This document shows, piece by piece, positions 10,861-20,200 of a stretch of DNA of 48,861 nucleotides. The notes below the pieces were generated by a model, which was not told the origin of the DNA, searched no databases, and was given only the letters and a program-made list of their open reading frames with translations. Numbering within the stretch: position 1 is the first letter of the stretch; each line of letters opens with the position of its first letter. This DNA comes from a virus (Duplodnaviria; Heunggongvirae; Uroviricota; Caudoviricetes), in the IMG/VR virus record IMGVR_UViG_3300020050_006655, one strand, 5' to 3'. The position numbers and the translations under genes were made by a program.

Positions 10861-11342
10861 TTGTCTAAAAATTTAAATAAAAATGTATAATCTTTATCTG
10901 TCAACTTATATACGTTCAATTTAAAGGCACGTAGCATTTTAAATCTCCACAACCATTTAAAAGGAAGCGGGTATGTTTTTCTTTCCCATTCACCAAAGAT
11001 CATATAGTTGTCATAATCATTTCTAATCCTTGAAACTCTTGAACCTTTCTCTTTAGAAAGTTTATAGTCTGTAAATGTTTTACATCTTTTCTTCCTAAGA
11101 GAAATCTCACCTATATGAGAACCGATCACCCAAGTTTTTGTGTCAAGAAGTTCTTCTTTAATCTCTTGCAGAATAGACATGATAATCAATTTCCATTCCT
11201 TATAAGTCATGGAGTACTTGTGATCTGATTCTTCTTCTTTCTTGATATATGGAACAGGAATAGTTCCTGTAAATACAGCATTTCTTTTATAAGGAAAGAA
11301 CATATAAAAGTCAATCAAAGATCTACTTTTTAATATTTGCAT
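10857..11342 (-). CDS. IHF/HU-like DNA-binding protein (crAss type)
   Basis: Basic 161 aa; helix followed by HIGEISLRKK...NDYDNYMIFGEW...WRFKMLRAFK; sits between two ring genes. Confidence 0.55.
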   Translation of the reverse strand: MQILKSRSLIDFYMFFPYKRNAVFTGTIPVPYIKKEEESDHKYSMTYKEWKLIIMSILQEIKEELLDTKTWVIGSHIGEISLRKKRCKTFTDYKLSKEKGSRVSRIRNDYDNYMIFGEWERKTYPLPFKWLWRFKMLRAFKLNVYKLTDKDYTFLFKFLDK

Positions 11343-12000
11343 TTGAATCGTTAGTTACGTCTTGTGAAATCTGTAATGGAATCTGTAGAACCTGCATACA
11401 AAGTTTATAAACCATTAGTTTATATTCTTCTTCAAGTGGAAATTCAGATGTTTGTGTATTATAACATTGTCCTGAAACTTCACCAGACAAAGGATTACAG
11501 GAAGGAATATCTGATAGTTCAAGAGGGTTGGAGAAAAGACCAACAATCTCTATTGCTTTTTGGTTGTGTGGAAGATTCCAAAAATAGATATAACCATTAA
11601 GAATAGATGCTATATACTCTGTTGTTTTTTTAATTCTATACCATTTACCCAATGGTAGAATTGAAATAGGTTTTCCGTTGAAAAGAAATACTGAAATCTT
11701 ATCGGCATTTCTTGATGTGAATACAGATGGTATCTTATATTTGGTTCTAAGAACCTTACAGTCCAATCCTTCTGGAATACAATCACAATCATGTGCTGTT
11801 GTTAATTCAAGAGCAATACAAAATCTAAGCCAGTTGGCTTCTGATATTTTATGATATTGTCTTAGTTTATTTTTGATTATCTCTGCTCTGGCACCCACCA
11901 AAACCTCATACAGAAATTGATCTGTATAAGATTCTGGCGACCTACCATATTCGTTAAGCAAAGATTTAAGGTTTGACAAATGTTGCCCAATCGTCGCCAT
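11323..12000 (-). CDS. Tail tubular/ring protein (P22 gp4-like, crAss type)
   Basis: Probable start MATIGQHLSNLK at 12000; CIALE...CDC...LRTKYKIPS, ILNGYIYF and FPLEEEY motifs. Confidence 0.65.
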   Translation of the reverse strand: MATIGQHLSNLKSLLNEYGRSPESYTDQFLYEVLVGARAEIIKNKLRQYHKISEANWLRFCIALELTTAHDCDCIPEGLDCKVLRTKYKIPSVFTSRNADKISVFLFNGKPISILPLGKWYRIKKTTEYIASILNGYIYFWNLPHNQKAIEIVGLFSNPLELSDIPSCNPLSGEVSGQCYNTQTSEFPLEEEYKLMVYKLCMQVLQIPLQISQDVTNDSNANIKK

Positions 12001-12856
12001 TATATAAATCTTGTATTTGAGACGTAAAATCTTGACAATCGTAATAGTCAAGTTTCTCGTACAGTAAATTTAAATGTGTGATTTTTGACTTACCAAGTTT
12101 AAGGTTTGTGTTCTTTTCAATAATGAACTTGTACAAACTTGTCTGAATGCTATACTTGGTAAGTTCACAAAAAGGAACGTTAAACAATTTAAGTTTATCA
12201 TATTTCCCTTTTGTATCTATCTTCTTGTCTGTTTTGAAATCATGTATTTGATATTCTTCATCTTTCTCATTCCAATACAATCTATCAAACGTTCCTGCTA
12301 AACCAAGATCAAGATCAGCAACCTTAAATTCAATTGCTATTGGAATAAGATGTTGATTAGAGTTTACATATTCCTGACAGAGTTTCTTGACAAGTTCGAT
12401 TGACTGAACATATTCAATTGCTTGAATTGTAGTAAGGCCTTTAGGAAGGATTATTTCAGGAACTTCACCAATACCTCTTTCAAGATGTTCAAGATAATTA
12501 TGCCCGAACGTTCCTCTTGTAGTACCAATCTCTGATTTAAGATTCCATTCAGATTGAAGATTCTTCATGGTAATTCTTATTTCATCTGTCATTACATCTT
12601 CAATGCTATAAGGCATATTGTCAATCACTATTGTTTCGTTGGACATTCCTGTTCTACGAAAGAACGGTTTAACAACATATCCCATTGATTGAAGTGTCTT
12701 ATACAGCAACCAGAATTGACTGTCAAAAGATGGTTTGAGTCTGGATAAGAATTGGGTTACGGAAATCAGATTCTTATTGTGTACATAGTAGGTGTGGCTT
12801 TTATCATAGTAAGAGACACCTCTAAACTGTTTGAATAACTCAATGTTCTTATCCAT
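11966..12856 (-). CDS. PD-(D/E)XK exonuclease-like nuclease
   Basis: HTYY...ISVTQFL, RGTFGHNYLE, IEFKV...LAGTFDRL...IHDFKT and YSIQTSLY motifs. Confidence 0.8.
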   Translation of the reverse strand: MDKNIELFKQFRGVSYYDKSHTYYVHNKNLISVTQFLSRLKPSFDSQFWLLYKTLQSMGYVVKPFFRRTGMSNETIVIDNMPYSIEDVMTDEIRITMKNLQSEWNLKSEIGTTRGTFGHNYLEHLERGIGEVPEIILPKGLTTIQAIEYVQSIELVKKLCQEYVNSNQHLIPIAIEFKVADLDLGLAGTFDRLYWNEKDEEYQIHDFKTDKKIDTKGKYDKLKLFNVPFCELTKYSIQTSLYKFIIEKNTNLKLGKSKITHLNLLYEKLDYYDCQDFTSQIQDLYNGDDWATFVKP

Positions 12857-13631
12857 TATAAGGAATGATTATTGGTGTACCTTCACAGATAACACCACAT
12901 GAAAGAATAGGTTGTTTACCTCTTTGAGCATAAGCAAAAGCATAGGTTTTAAAATCTATACCAGTACCTACTTGCATTGCAAAGTTCTTACCACCATTTA
13001 GAAGTTTAACATAACCTTCTGTATGAAGGTGTCCTGATACAACTGATCTAAATTCGCTTGTTGCTTTGTTTAAAGCATTAGATTGTTCACCATGAACAAA
13101 TAGAATATCATTATAAACATATTCTTCTACAAACTCCCAATTTGGTGTTTCAAGAACATCCTTGTAGTCTTTTATCCATTTCTTAGAAACTCCCGCAGAA
13201 GTGTTTTTACGATGAACAAGTCTATCGTGATTACCAATTGTGATTACAGCATTTGGAAATGCTTTATACCACTTGCTAATTCTTTGTATTGCTAAATCAA
13301 GTTCTTGACCTGCTGAAAAACCATCAGCGTTAGTATCATGGTAGCTGGAAAAATGTTGATCGAGAATATCACCTGCGAAGATAATTTTACCGCAGTTGAA
13401 TCTTTTTTGAACACTTATACAAAATTCCAAATAGCCTTTCAATTCAAAAGGACAGTGTAAATCACCAATAACAAGAATGTTATTTGGATCAAATGTTTGT
13501 TGAAGTGATTGATACAATCTTCGTACCTTGTCAGACTTCTGTTTGTTTGTACCAGTTACTCCAAACTGGTTTGCAAGATTCAACCAAGAATCTGTTTTCC
13601 CGCTAAGGGATAGATGTTCTTTTAATGTCAT
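12849..13631 (-). CDS. Calcineurin-like metallophosphoesterase
   Basis: Complete motif set: GDLH, GDILD, GNHD, HGE, GHLH. Confidence 0.85.
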   Translation of the reverse strand: MTLKEHLSLSGKTDSWLNLANQFGVTGTNKQKSDKVRRLYQSLQQTFDPNNILVIGDLHCPFELKGYLEFCISVQKRFNCGKIIFAGDILDQHFSSYHDTNADGFSAGQELDLAIQRISKWYKAFPNAVITIGNHDRLVHRKNTSAGVSKKWIKDYKDVLETPNWEFVEEYVYNDILFVHGEQSNALNKATSEFRSVVSGHLHTEGYVKLLNGGKNFAMQVGTGIDFKTYAFAYAQRGKQPILSCGVICEGTPIIIPYNG

Positions 13632-13692
13632 AATAGTTAATTTTGAACAAGGTTCAATGGGGTAATGACATTATTGAAACAATAGCTTTAGT

Positions 13693-13953
13693 CTATCGTA
13701 TGTTGTATTGTGTGATGTCTCTTGCACAATAAGTAAAAGAATACTTATCAAGTATCTCAAGAATTTTACATTCCAAACTACGACATATCAAAGACGATAT
13801 GTTGATAATAAATAAATACTTCTTTACAGTATCAAGTTCGGAAGTAATTGTTGCAACATCACAATCAATACTATATGCTTGTTTTTGAAACAAGTCCCAT
13901 GTCAACTTGAAGTAGACACATTTAAGTTTAGTCACATCCGCAGGTTGTATCAT
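13693..13953 (-). CDS. Small Cys-containing protein, possible tail hub subunit
   Basis: 86 aa, overlaps the upstream gene; hub assignment by synteny only. Confidence 0.35.
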   Translation of the reverse strand: MIQPADVTKLKCVYFKLTWDLFQKQAYSIDCDVATITSELDTVKKYLFIINISSLICRSLECKILEILDKYSFTYCARDITQYNIR

Positions 13954-14407
13954 TTGTAGAGGTTGTTGTTGTGGAGATTAAGAAATTGTACATATCACAC
14001 ATCTTGGTACATTTACAAGCATCACAATCATTACCGTAAAGAAGTGCTTGATAAACATCAAGTTTTTGTTGATTAGATAAATCAAGTGTACATTTGAGAT
14101 CATAATCTACAAATACACATTTTGAACCATCTTTATTTACAACATCTGCTTCATCATTATAATCAAAAGCAATTTCAAAATAATAAATACCATCTGCAAA
14201 TTTAGATGGTGTATTTGTTGGATATGCTTGGTTAAGTGTAAATGTAAAACTATTGGAAGTAATGGCACCGGGTAAAATAGAAAATGAGTTCAGAGTGCTA
14301 CTGCACCCCAAACTCATTCTCAATGTAATACCTGTTGCAAGATTTGTTAGTTCTGGATGACTTACCGTAAAGTAAGTCGCATCATTGCTTGGTATAACGT
14401 TTAACAT
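13928..14407 (-). CDS. Cys-rich virion protein, possible tail hub subunit
   Basis: 159 aa; beta-rich N-terminus (ADGIYYFEIAF) and CDACKCTKMC...CGCD C-terminus; synteny. Confidence 0.4.
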   Translation of the reverse strand: MLNVIPSNDATYFTVSHPELTNLATGITLRMSLGCSSTLNSFSILPGAITSNSFTFTLNQAYPTNTPSKFADGIYYFEIAFDYNDEADVVNKDGSKCVFVDYDLKCTLDLSNQQKLDVYQALLYGNDCDACKCTKMCDMYNFLISTTTTSTNDTTCGCD

Positions 14408-14898
14408 TATTTTGTGGCACGTTTAATAAAGGTTTGAAGCCATTCAGGAAGTTTTAATGCTTCCAGCAAGAAACCAATGTTAGATAAAAGAAGATCGACA
14501 AAAACAGGAGATTTGATAAAGTCTTTCCAAATCTTTTCTATTTGCTGACCATCTTGGGGAATAGGGTCTGTAACAGCAACAAGTGTTTTAACAATTTCAG
14601 GCATTACAGCAAGTAATGCAATTCTGATCTTTTGATCTTGTACTCTTTGAATTGCTGTAACAAATAGTTGTTCAAACGCAATTGTTACGTTTGGGTTGTT
14701 TGTAACATTCAACCAAACCTCTTTGAGTTGAGCCTTGTTGTCAGTTGCTTCATCAGTAAGGACAAAGCTGGTTTCAACAATTTTGTCCAGAATAGTGTTA
14801 ACCAAAACTCTAATTGAGGGGTCTTCGATTTGACTGACAATTGTGGACTTGATAAGTTCGATGTTTGCTCCAACGAATTGGGGGACGAGTTTTTCCAT
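14407..14898 (-). CDS. Hypothetical helical protein with an internal repeat
   Basis: 163 aa; two similar halves (TDEATDNKAQLKEVW / TDPIPQDGQQIEKIW). Confidence 0.55.
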   Translation of the reverse strand: MEKLVPQFVGANIELIKSTIVSQIEDPSIRVLVNTILDKIVETSFVLTDEATDNKAQLKEVWLNVTNNPNVTIAFEQLFVTAIQRVQDQKIRIALLAVMPEIVKTLVAVTDPIPQDGQQIEKIWKDFIKSPVFVDLLLSNIGFLLEALKLPEWLQTFIKRATK

Positions 14899-15335
14899 GA
14901 TAAATTTGTTAATGGTTGAATAATTTCTTTAGGTACATCTTTAACAATCTCTATTTCAAGATCGCTTGTTTTTAATATTTTTTTAATCAGTAAAAATACT
15001 TCTGTATATGCTGGAGTAGGATCAAGTAACTTGTTACCATATCTGCTTTCTCCAACCAATATACAACCAGAAGTATTTTCAACAGTATTACCTTTATGTA
15101 TAAGTATTCCTGTAAAGTTAGGAACATTTAATAAACGAGGCATCAACTGTTTGAATCTTTGGGACATAGTAATTACAATTTTGTAAGTACCATACGGTAT
15201 TGCTGTTTTATGTTTTACTTTTCTGTCCCTAATAGGGTCTTCTAATGTATGACATAAAAACCTATCATTGTACCAGAGTTCACCAAAAGTGTATTCGTCT
15301 GTACAATCAATTCTTTTTAAAGTGAGTTTTTCCAT
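14709..15335 (-). CDS. DUF5675-family protein, putative endolysin (His/Cys, L,D-peptidase-like motif)
   Basis: TLED...KTAIPYGTY...RLLNVPNFTGILIHKGNTVENTSGCILVG; directly follows holin-like genes. Confidence 0.75.
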   Translation of the reverse strand: MEKLTLKRIDCTDEYTFGELWYNDRFLCHTLEDPIRDRKVKHKTAIPYGTYKIVITMSQRFKQLMPRLLNVPNFTGILIHKGNTVENTSGCILVGESRYGNKLLDPTPAYTEVFLLIKKILKTSDLEIEIVKDVPKEIIQPLTNLSWKNSSPNSLEQTSNLSSPQLSVKSKTPQLEFWLTLFWTKLLKPALSLLMKQLTTRLNSKRFG

Positions 15336-15817
15336 TTAAACAACCATCCAAAATATTTACTAATCACATTAACGGGAGATATACCAAAAGCAGATTCCCA
15401 ATTTTCATTTACAGATTTACCTTCTCTTAACAGTATCATACAAGTACCAACAACAGACAATTGAACTTTAGCTAACCATGCTGCTGTTTCTGGCTCAAAT
15501 ATAATATTAAACAGTTCAAGGCAAAATGTCTTAAAGAATAACTGATCTACAATAAACAAGGTTCCTATAAAAGCCCCATATAAAACAATCTTGAAAAAAG
15601 TATCCTGCATCTTATTAGATTTGATACCTGCCTTACCTTCTGTTTTATATACACAATAAATCTTTAAGAACCAATCAAATAATGCTACAACAGTAGTTAC
15701 AACAACTAACGGTTGGATGGGAATAAAAAATGATAAAATTGCTGTGCTAAACACAAGCAAACCATTTTTAAAAAGAACGAGTATTTTAGTTAAGTATGTC
15801 ACGGCCTTACTTTTCAT
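15317..15817 (-). CDS. Holin-like membrane protein
   Basis: Several hydrophobic segments; SNKMQDTFFKIVLY and EGKSVNEN resemble the phage holin family 4 pattern; adjacent to the putative endolysin. Confidence 0.7.
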   Translation of the reverse strand: MKSKAVTYLTKILVLFKNGLLVFSTAILSFFIPIQPLVVVTTVVALFDWFLKIYCVYKTEGKAGIKSNKMQDTFFKIVLYGAFIGTLFIVDQLFFKTFCLELFNIIFEPETAAWLAKVQLSVVGTCMILLREGKSVNENWESAFGISPVNVISKYFGWLFKWKNSL

Positions 15818-15826
15818 TAATGTTTA

Positions 15827-16123
15827 TTATTTGTTTAATATTGAAGCGTCTGATACGATACGATTAGGTTTTATCTTTTCAATTGTTTTGATATAATCTT
15901 TAAGAGTAGTTATTGCCACAGTATTTGCAGCAATAACAGTCTCTAAAGATTTATTTTGTTCTTTAAGTAATTCTACTTTTTCTCTCTCACATGAAAGAAT
16001 TTCTTTTCTTACAGATTCATTTTGTTTATGTAAGAAAAATACTGCAATAAGCATGAGAACAAAACTCATACCTTGTCTTTTTATAGCACTGGTTATAAAA
16101 CCGTCTTGAGTTTTTGTTGTCAT
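15827..16123 (-). CDS. Single-TM coiled-coil protein (holin- or spanin-like)
   Basis: GMSFVLMLIAVFFL hydrophobic segment followed by a coiled coil; first gene of the lysis cassette. Confidence 0.5.
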   Translation of the reverse strand: MTTKTQDGFITSAIKRQGMSFVLMLIAVFFLHKQNESVRKEILSCEREKVELLKEQNKSLETVIAANTVAITTLKDYIKTIEKIKPNRIVSDASILNK

Positions 16124-16139
16124 ATTTTTTTATTGATTT

Positions 16140-17219
16140 TTAAATTCTTGATTCGACGTATTCCATAGAAAACAATTCAAACTGTCTAGTTGCCGTTCCT
16201 ACGGATTTTTGGATATAAACGTTACAGTAGCCAAAACCATCGTGGACATTCGTTGTATTTTCTGCAACGAAGGCACCATTGATAAAAAATGCCACACTGT
16301 TATCCGGTCGGTGAAAAACTTCCAAGACATATTTGGTATTAATGGCAACTGTGACCCCAGAATCTGTGGATGTTTCTGTTGCTGCTGTCCTTGTTACACA
16401 TTGCCATCTACCACCATTGGCTGCATGTTCGTATTTGAAATATGCCCCATCTGGTGATGCTCCTGACAATGAAGCAGGAGAACCCGCTACAATCCTATAA
16501 GTATCTGTCCCGTCTGACAGGGTATTTATGTTTGACAGTACTACTCTAACAAAATTAGCATTAGGTGTGGTAGAGGTCTTACCTAGATATACTGCTGCAC
16601 CCTTTTGTTGGATAGACGGTGCGGCAGTGGCAGAAGTACTTGTACCGACCCTTACACATCTAGGTGCTGTTGCAGTTGGAGCGATAGATGTAAATGTACC
16701 AGAGGCCGCTGTAAATATCCAGTGGTCATAGTCACCCGTAGTAACGGAACCAGTTGACAGAAATGTAGCACCCGCTTCCTTACTTGAAAAGATGTTACCT
16801 TGATTGGACAAAGACACAAATTTCCATCTATCATCAGTATCGTCATAAAAGAAAGTAGCGGTTTGACCCGGATACAAAGGAATATCTCTGGATGTGCTGA
16901 ATCTATTGGCTGCTGTTGAAGCACCATCTTCTTTGGTTAAAAGCACTGGAAAATCTGGCCCTGTATTCATCAACGCTAATTGCTTAGGGCTTGCTGGTGC
17001 TGTAATACCAGATATAATCCTAAACTGATTATCACCAGATAATCTAATTAGAGACGCTGTAGAAAGACCAGCAGGATTCCAATCATTAGCCGCAGCAGTA
17101 AGTTGTGAAGTAGAAATTATATTAAAAGAACTACCACCACCAGACGCTTGTGGATAAACATGTTGGGCAAAAAGAGTGCTTGTAAATAAGCACAAGAATA
17201 TAATTAATATGTTTTTCAT
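16140..17219 (-). CDS. Fibre/receptor-binding-like protein with signal peptide and probable ConA-like lectin C-terminal domain (~359 aa)
   Basis: True start at 17219 by TAATG coupling: MKNILIIFLCLFTSTLFA|QHVY. C-terminal beta-sandwich-like segment VAFFINGAFVAENTTN. Confidence 0.6.
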   Translation of the reverse strand: MKNILIIFLCLFTSTLFAQHVYPQASGGGSSFNIISTSQLTAAANDWNPAGLSTASLIRLSGDNQFRIISGITAPASPKQLALMNTGPDFPVLLTKEDGASTAANRFSTSRDIPLYPGQTATFFYDDTDDRWKFVSLSNQGNIFSSKEAGATFLSTGSVTTGDYDHWIFTAASGTFTSIAPTATAPRCVRVGTSTSATAAPSIQQKGAAVYLGKTSTTPNANFVRVVLSNINTLSDGTDTYRIVAGSPASLSGASPDGAYFKYEHAANGGRWQCVTRTAATETSTDSGVTVAINTKYVLEVFHRPDNSVAFFINGAFVAENTTNVHDGFGYCNVYIQKSVGTATRQFELFSMEYVESRI

Positions 17220-20200
17220 TATTCTACAATCCATGTGTTAGCACCTATTGCGGTGAATTTTTGTGAAAAGGTTGTACCACCAGTTGTTGTTATTGATGTT
17301 TGTGAACCAACATAATTATGAGCAAGAATAACATCAGACGCTCCAGAACGTGAAATTGTTACAGTTACAGCCCTATCAATAGTTATTTCAAATGTGGCAC
17401 CTATTGTTACTTGTGTGGCACTAGGAGCAGAGGCAACTATTTCTGGTAAGTTGATTGCTGTTGTTGTAGCAGAAGTTGGAACATATAAACGAGTAGCCCT
17501 ACCATCAAAGTTAATAGTTGTTGCTGTTTGCTCGCTTATTTTTGCAGTAGGTAAGTTCTGAATTTTATGTAAAATATAATAATCAGTCACTCCGTCGTCA
17601 ATCCAAAACATTACTGCTATTTCTCCAGCAGCAAGAGTTCTATCTGTTGCTGTGTTCACTCCCGACATATCCGACCATTCCCATGTTTGTGAACCTCTTG
17701 ACAGAGTTACATCAAAAGCACCTCTATTTCTAACAGTAATTGTTTTTGCAGCAGAGCCGAGAAGGTTTGATGTATTGTTAAAAGTCAAAGTGATTACACT
17801 TGACGTGCCAATAACATCTACCTCTTGAGTACTTTCAGATACGGTAGTATTTGCTGTTGCTGTAATATAAGGAACGGCTAAGTAACCACCAAGAACGTTT
17901 TTAGTTGTATGGGTAAACACACCAGTTGAACCTTGACCCAATCTTAAATCATTGCCTACAGCGTTAATCCAAAAGTCATTTCCTGCTGTACCTATTGCTT
18001 CAAGAGTTGGTTCACCAGAAATGAACGATAGTTGTAAACTATCGTTACCTACTTTCCAAACTTGAACACCGGGATCAGTACCAGAAGCCACGACTCTAAA
18101 TTTAGGAGATTGTGTACCAGTATTATCAACACCTGTAAAAGTAAGATCGTCTATCTGCGTTGCATTAACTCCATTTGGAACTGTACCAGAAGCACTAAAG
18201 ATACCATTAACCTCTGTCTGTGTATTATTTATAGTAAAAGAAGGATAAGTACCAGTAACGTTTATATCTGTACCAGATGCTATTGTAACAGTTTGGTCAG
18301 GAGCAAGATTGGTAATTGTAGGATTACCAACTACACCATTAGTATTAGATATAGAAATACCTGTACCAGCAGCAATTGATCTTGTGACAGATGTTCCTGT
18401 GCCTGTAACAACATACAATCCTGTAGACGCTGTTGAAGCCAAAGCATTAACATCAGAGTCAAAAGTTACATTAGTTTTAGTTCCATCATCAGCAGCAGTT
18501 GCAGTTGAACCAGCAAAGTTTAATGTTGATCTTGCTGTAAGACCAGTCCCTTCTTCTTGGATTGTTGTATAACCACTTCCGCCAGATACGGTAGTCCAAC
18601 TTGTAACACCTGATCCGTTTGTAGTCATAACTTGACCATTTGTTCCAGCACTTGTAGGCATGGTCATTGTCCAGTTCCCTGTTCCTGTGGAAGATTTAAT
18701 AGCCACGGCATTACCGTTGGATGCCGCAAAACTAATAAAACCATCAGTTGATCCTATATCTCCCACTTCAATACCATCAATAAAAGTTTTCAGTCCGTTA
18801 AAAGGCTGACTAGTTGTATTTACTAGACCTCTTATACCGACACCTGCGTCTGGAATATTAAACGTGTGAGTTGTTCCAACAGAGGAAATATTAAAGTTGG
18901 AACCAGATGTACCAGTTGCAAAAGTTTGAGTTGCCCCTGTCAAAGTATTGAGTGATGAAATTCCACCCCCACCGCCTGAAACAGTCGTCCAGGTACATAC
19001 ACCAGCTCCATCAGTTGTCATAACTTGACCGGGGGTTCCATCATCCGTTGGGAATGTTAAAGTCCAAGTTCCAGCAGCAGCAGCAGGTCTAATAGTTACC
19101 ATACCAGAAGTATTACCTGCAAGACCAATATCACCAAGTTTAGTTCCTGATTCACCTATGGTAAGTAAGTTTGTCGGTGGACTTGAACCTCCTATTTTTA
19201 CATTACCTCTTTGAGTGAGTGAAGGAGAAAGGCCCAAATAAATATGGCCCGGAGAACCTGCTCCTGTTGGAATACCACCGACCAAGAATACATTTCCACC
19301 ATCACCATTTCCAGTAGCACCTGCATTACCACCTTTCATGGAAGCATAACCAGCAGCACCAGCCGTTGTACCAGTACCACCTGTTCCACCAGCAATTTCT
19401 ACAAAACCAGCAGTACCACCGAATGTGGTTCCGTTACCACCATTACCACCAAGTAATGTAATACTACCACCTGCTCCACCAAAACCAGTTCCGGGAGTAC
19501 CCGTAATTGCTCCACCTGCCCCACCTGTAATAGTAGAACTTGAACCATTACCACCAGATACAGTACCTGAACCAGCAGATGTTGCTCCACCAGCAGTACC
19601 AGTTACTGTTAAAAGTGTTGGCGCATTTGTACCAGAACCTGAACCAACCGAAGCAACTGACGCTTGTGTTACATGTACCGTTGCAGAAGGTGAAGTAGTT
19701 CCTATACCCAATCTATTTGTTGCTTCTTTATAAGCAGATGTACCAAAAAGAATATCTCCTTTTGTAGCATTTGTTGTAGATGAAATAGTTAAACTATTTC
19801 CAGATGCTGTACCACCAACAACTGTTTGACCGCCAGATACACCAGTGGTTAAGTTGTTGTTGAGTGTAAGTGTAGTAGATGTACCAGCGATTGTTATACC
19901 TGCGCCATCTATAAAATCTACATCCGTACCTGTACTTGAGTTAAGTGTTACAGGGGAAGAAGTGCCGGAGAAAGTTAAATCAGTTGCTCCACCACCTCCA
20001 CCAGCATCAGTAGCAGGTGCCCAAATAGTTCCGTTCCATTTAATTACTTCTCCTGTTGCAGCACCTTGTTGACCTAAATCAGATGGTGTAATACCTCCTG
20101 TTGCAAGTTGCCCAAGAGTATTTCTCCATACAACATTAGTTTCAGAGGTTTTGGAAGGAAGACCCTCAAATCTAACAGTGCCTACAACATCAAGAGAGTC

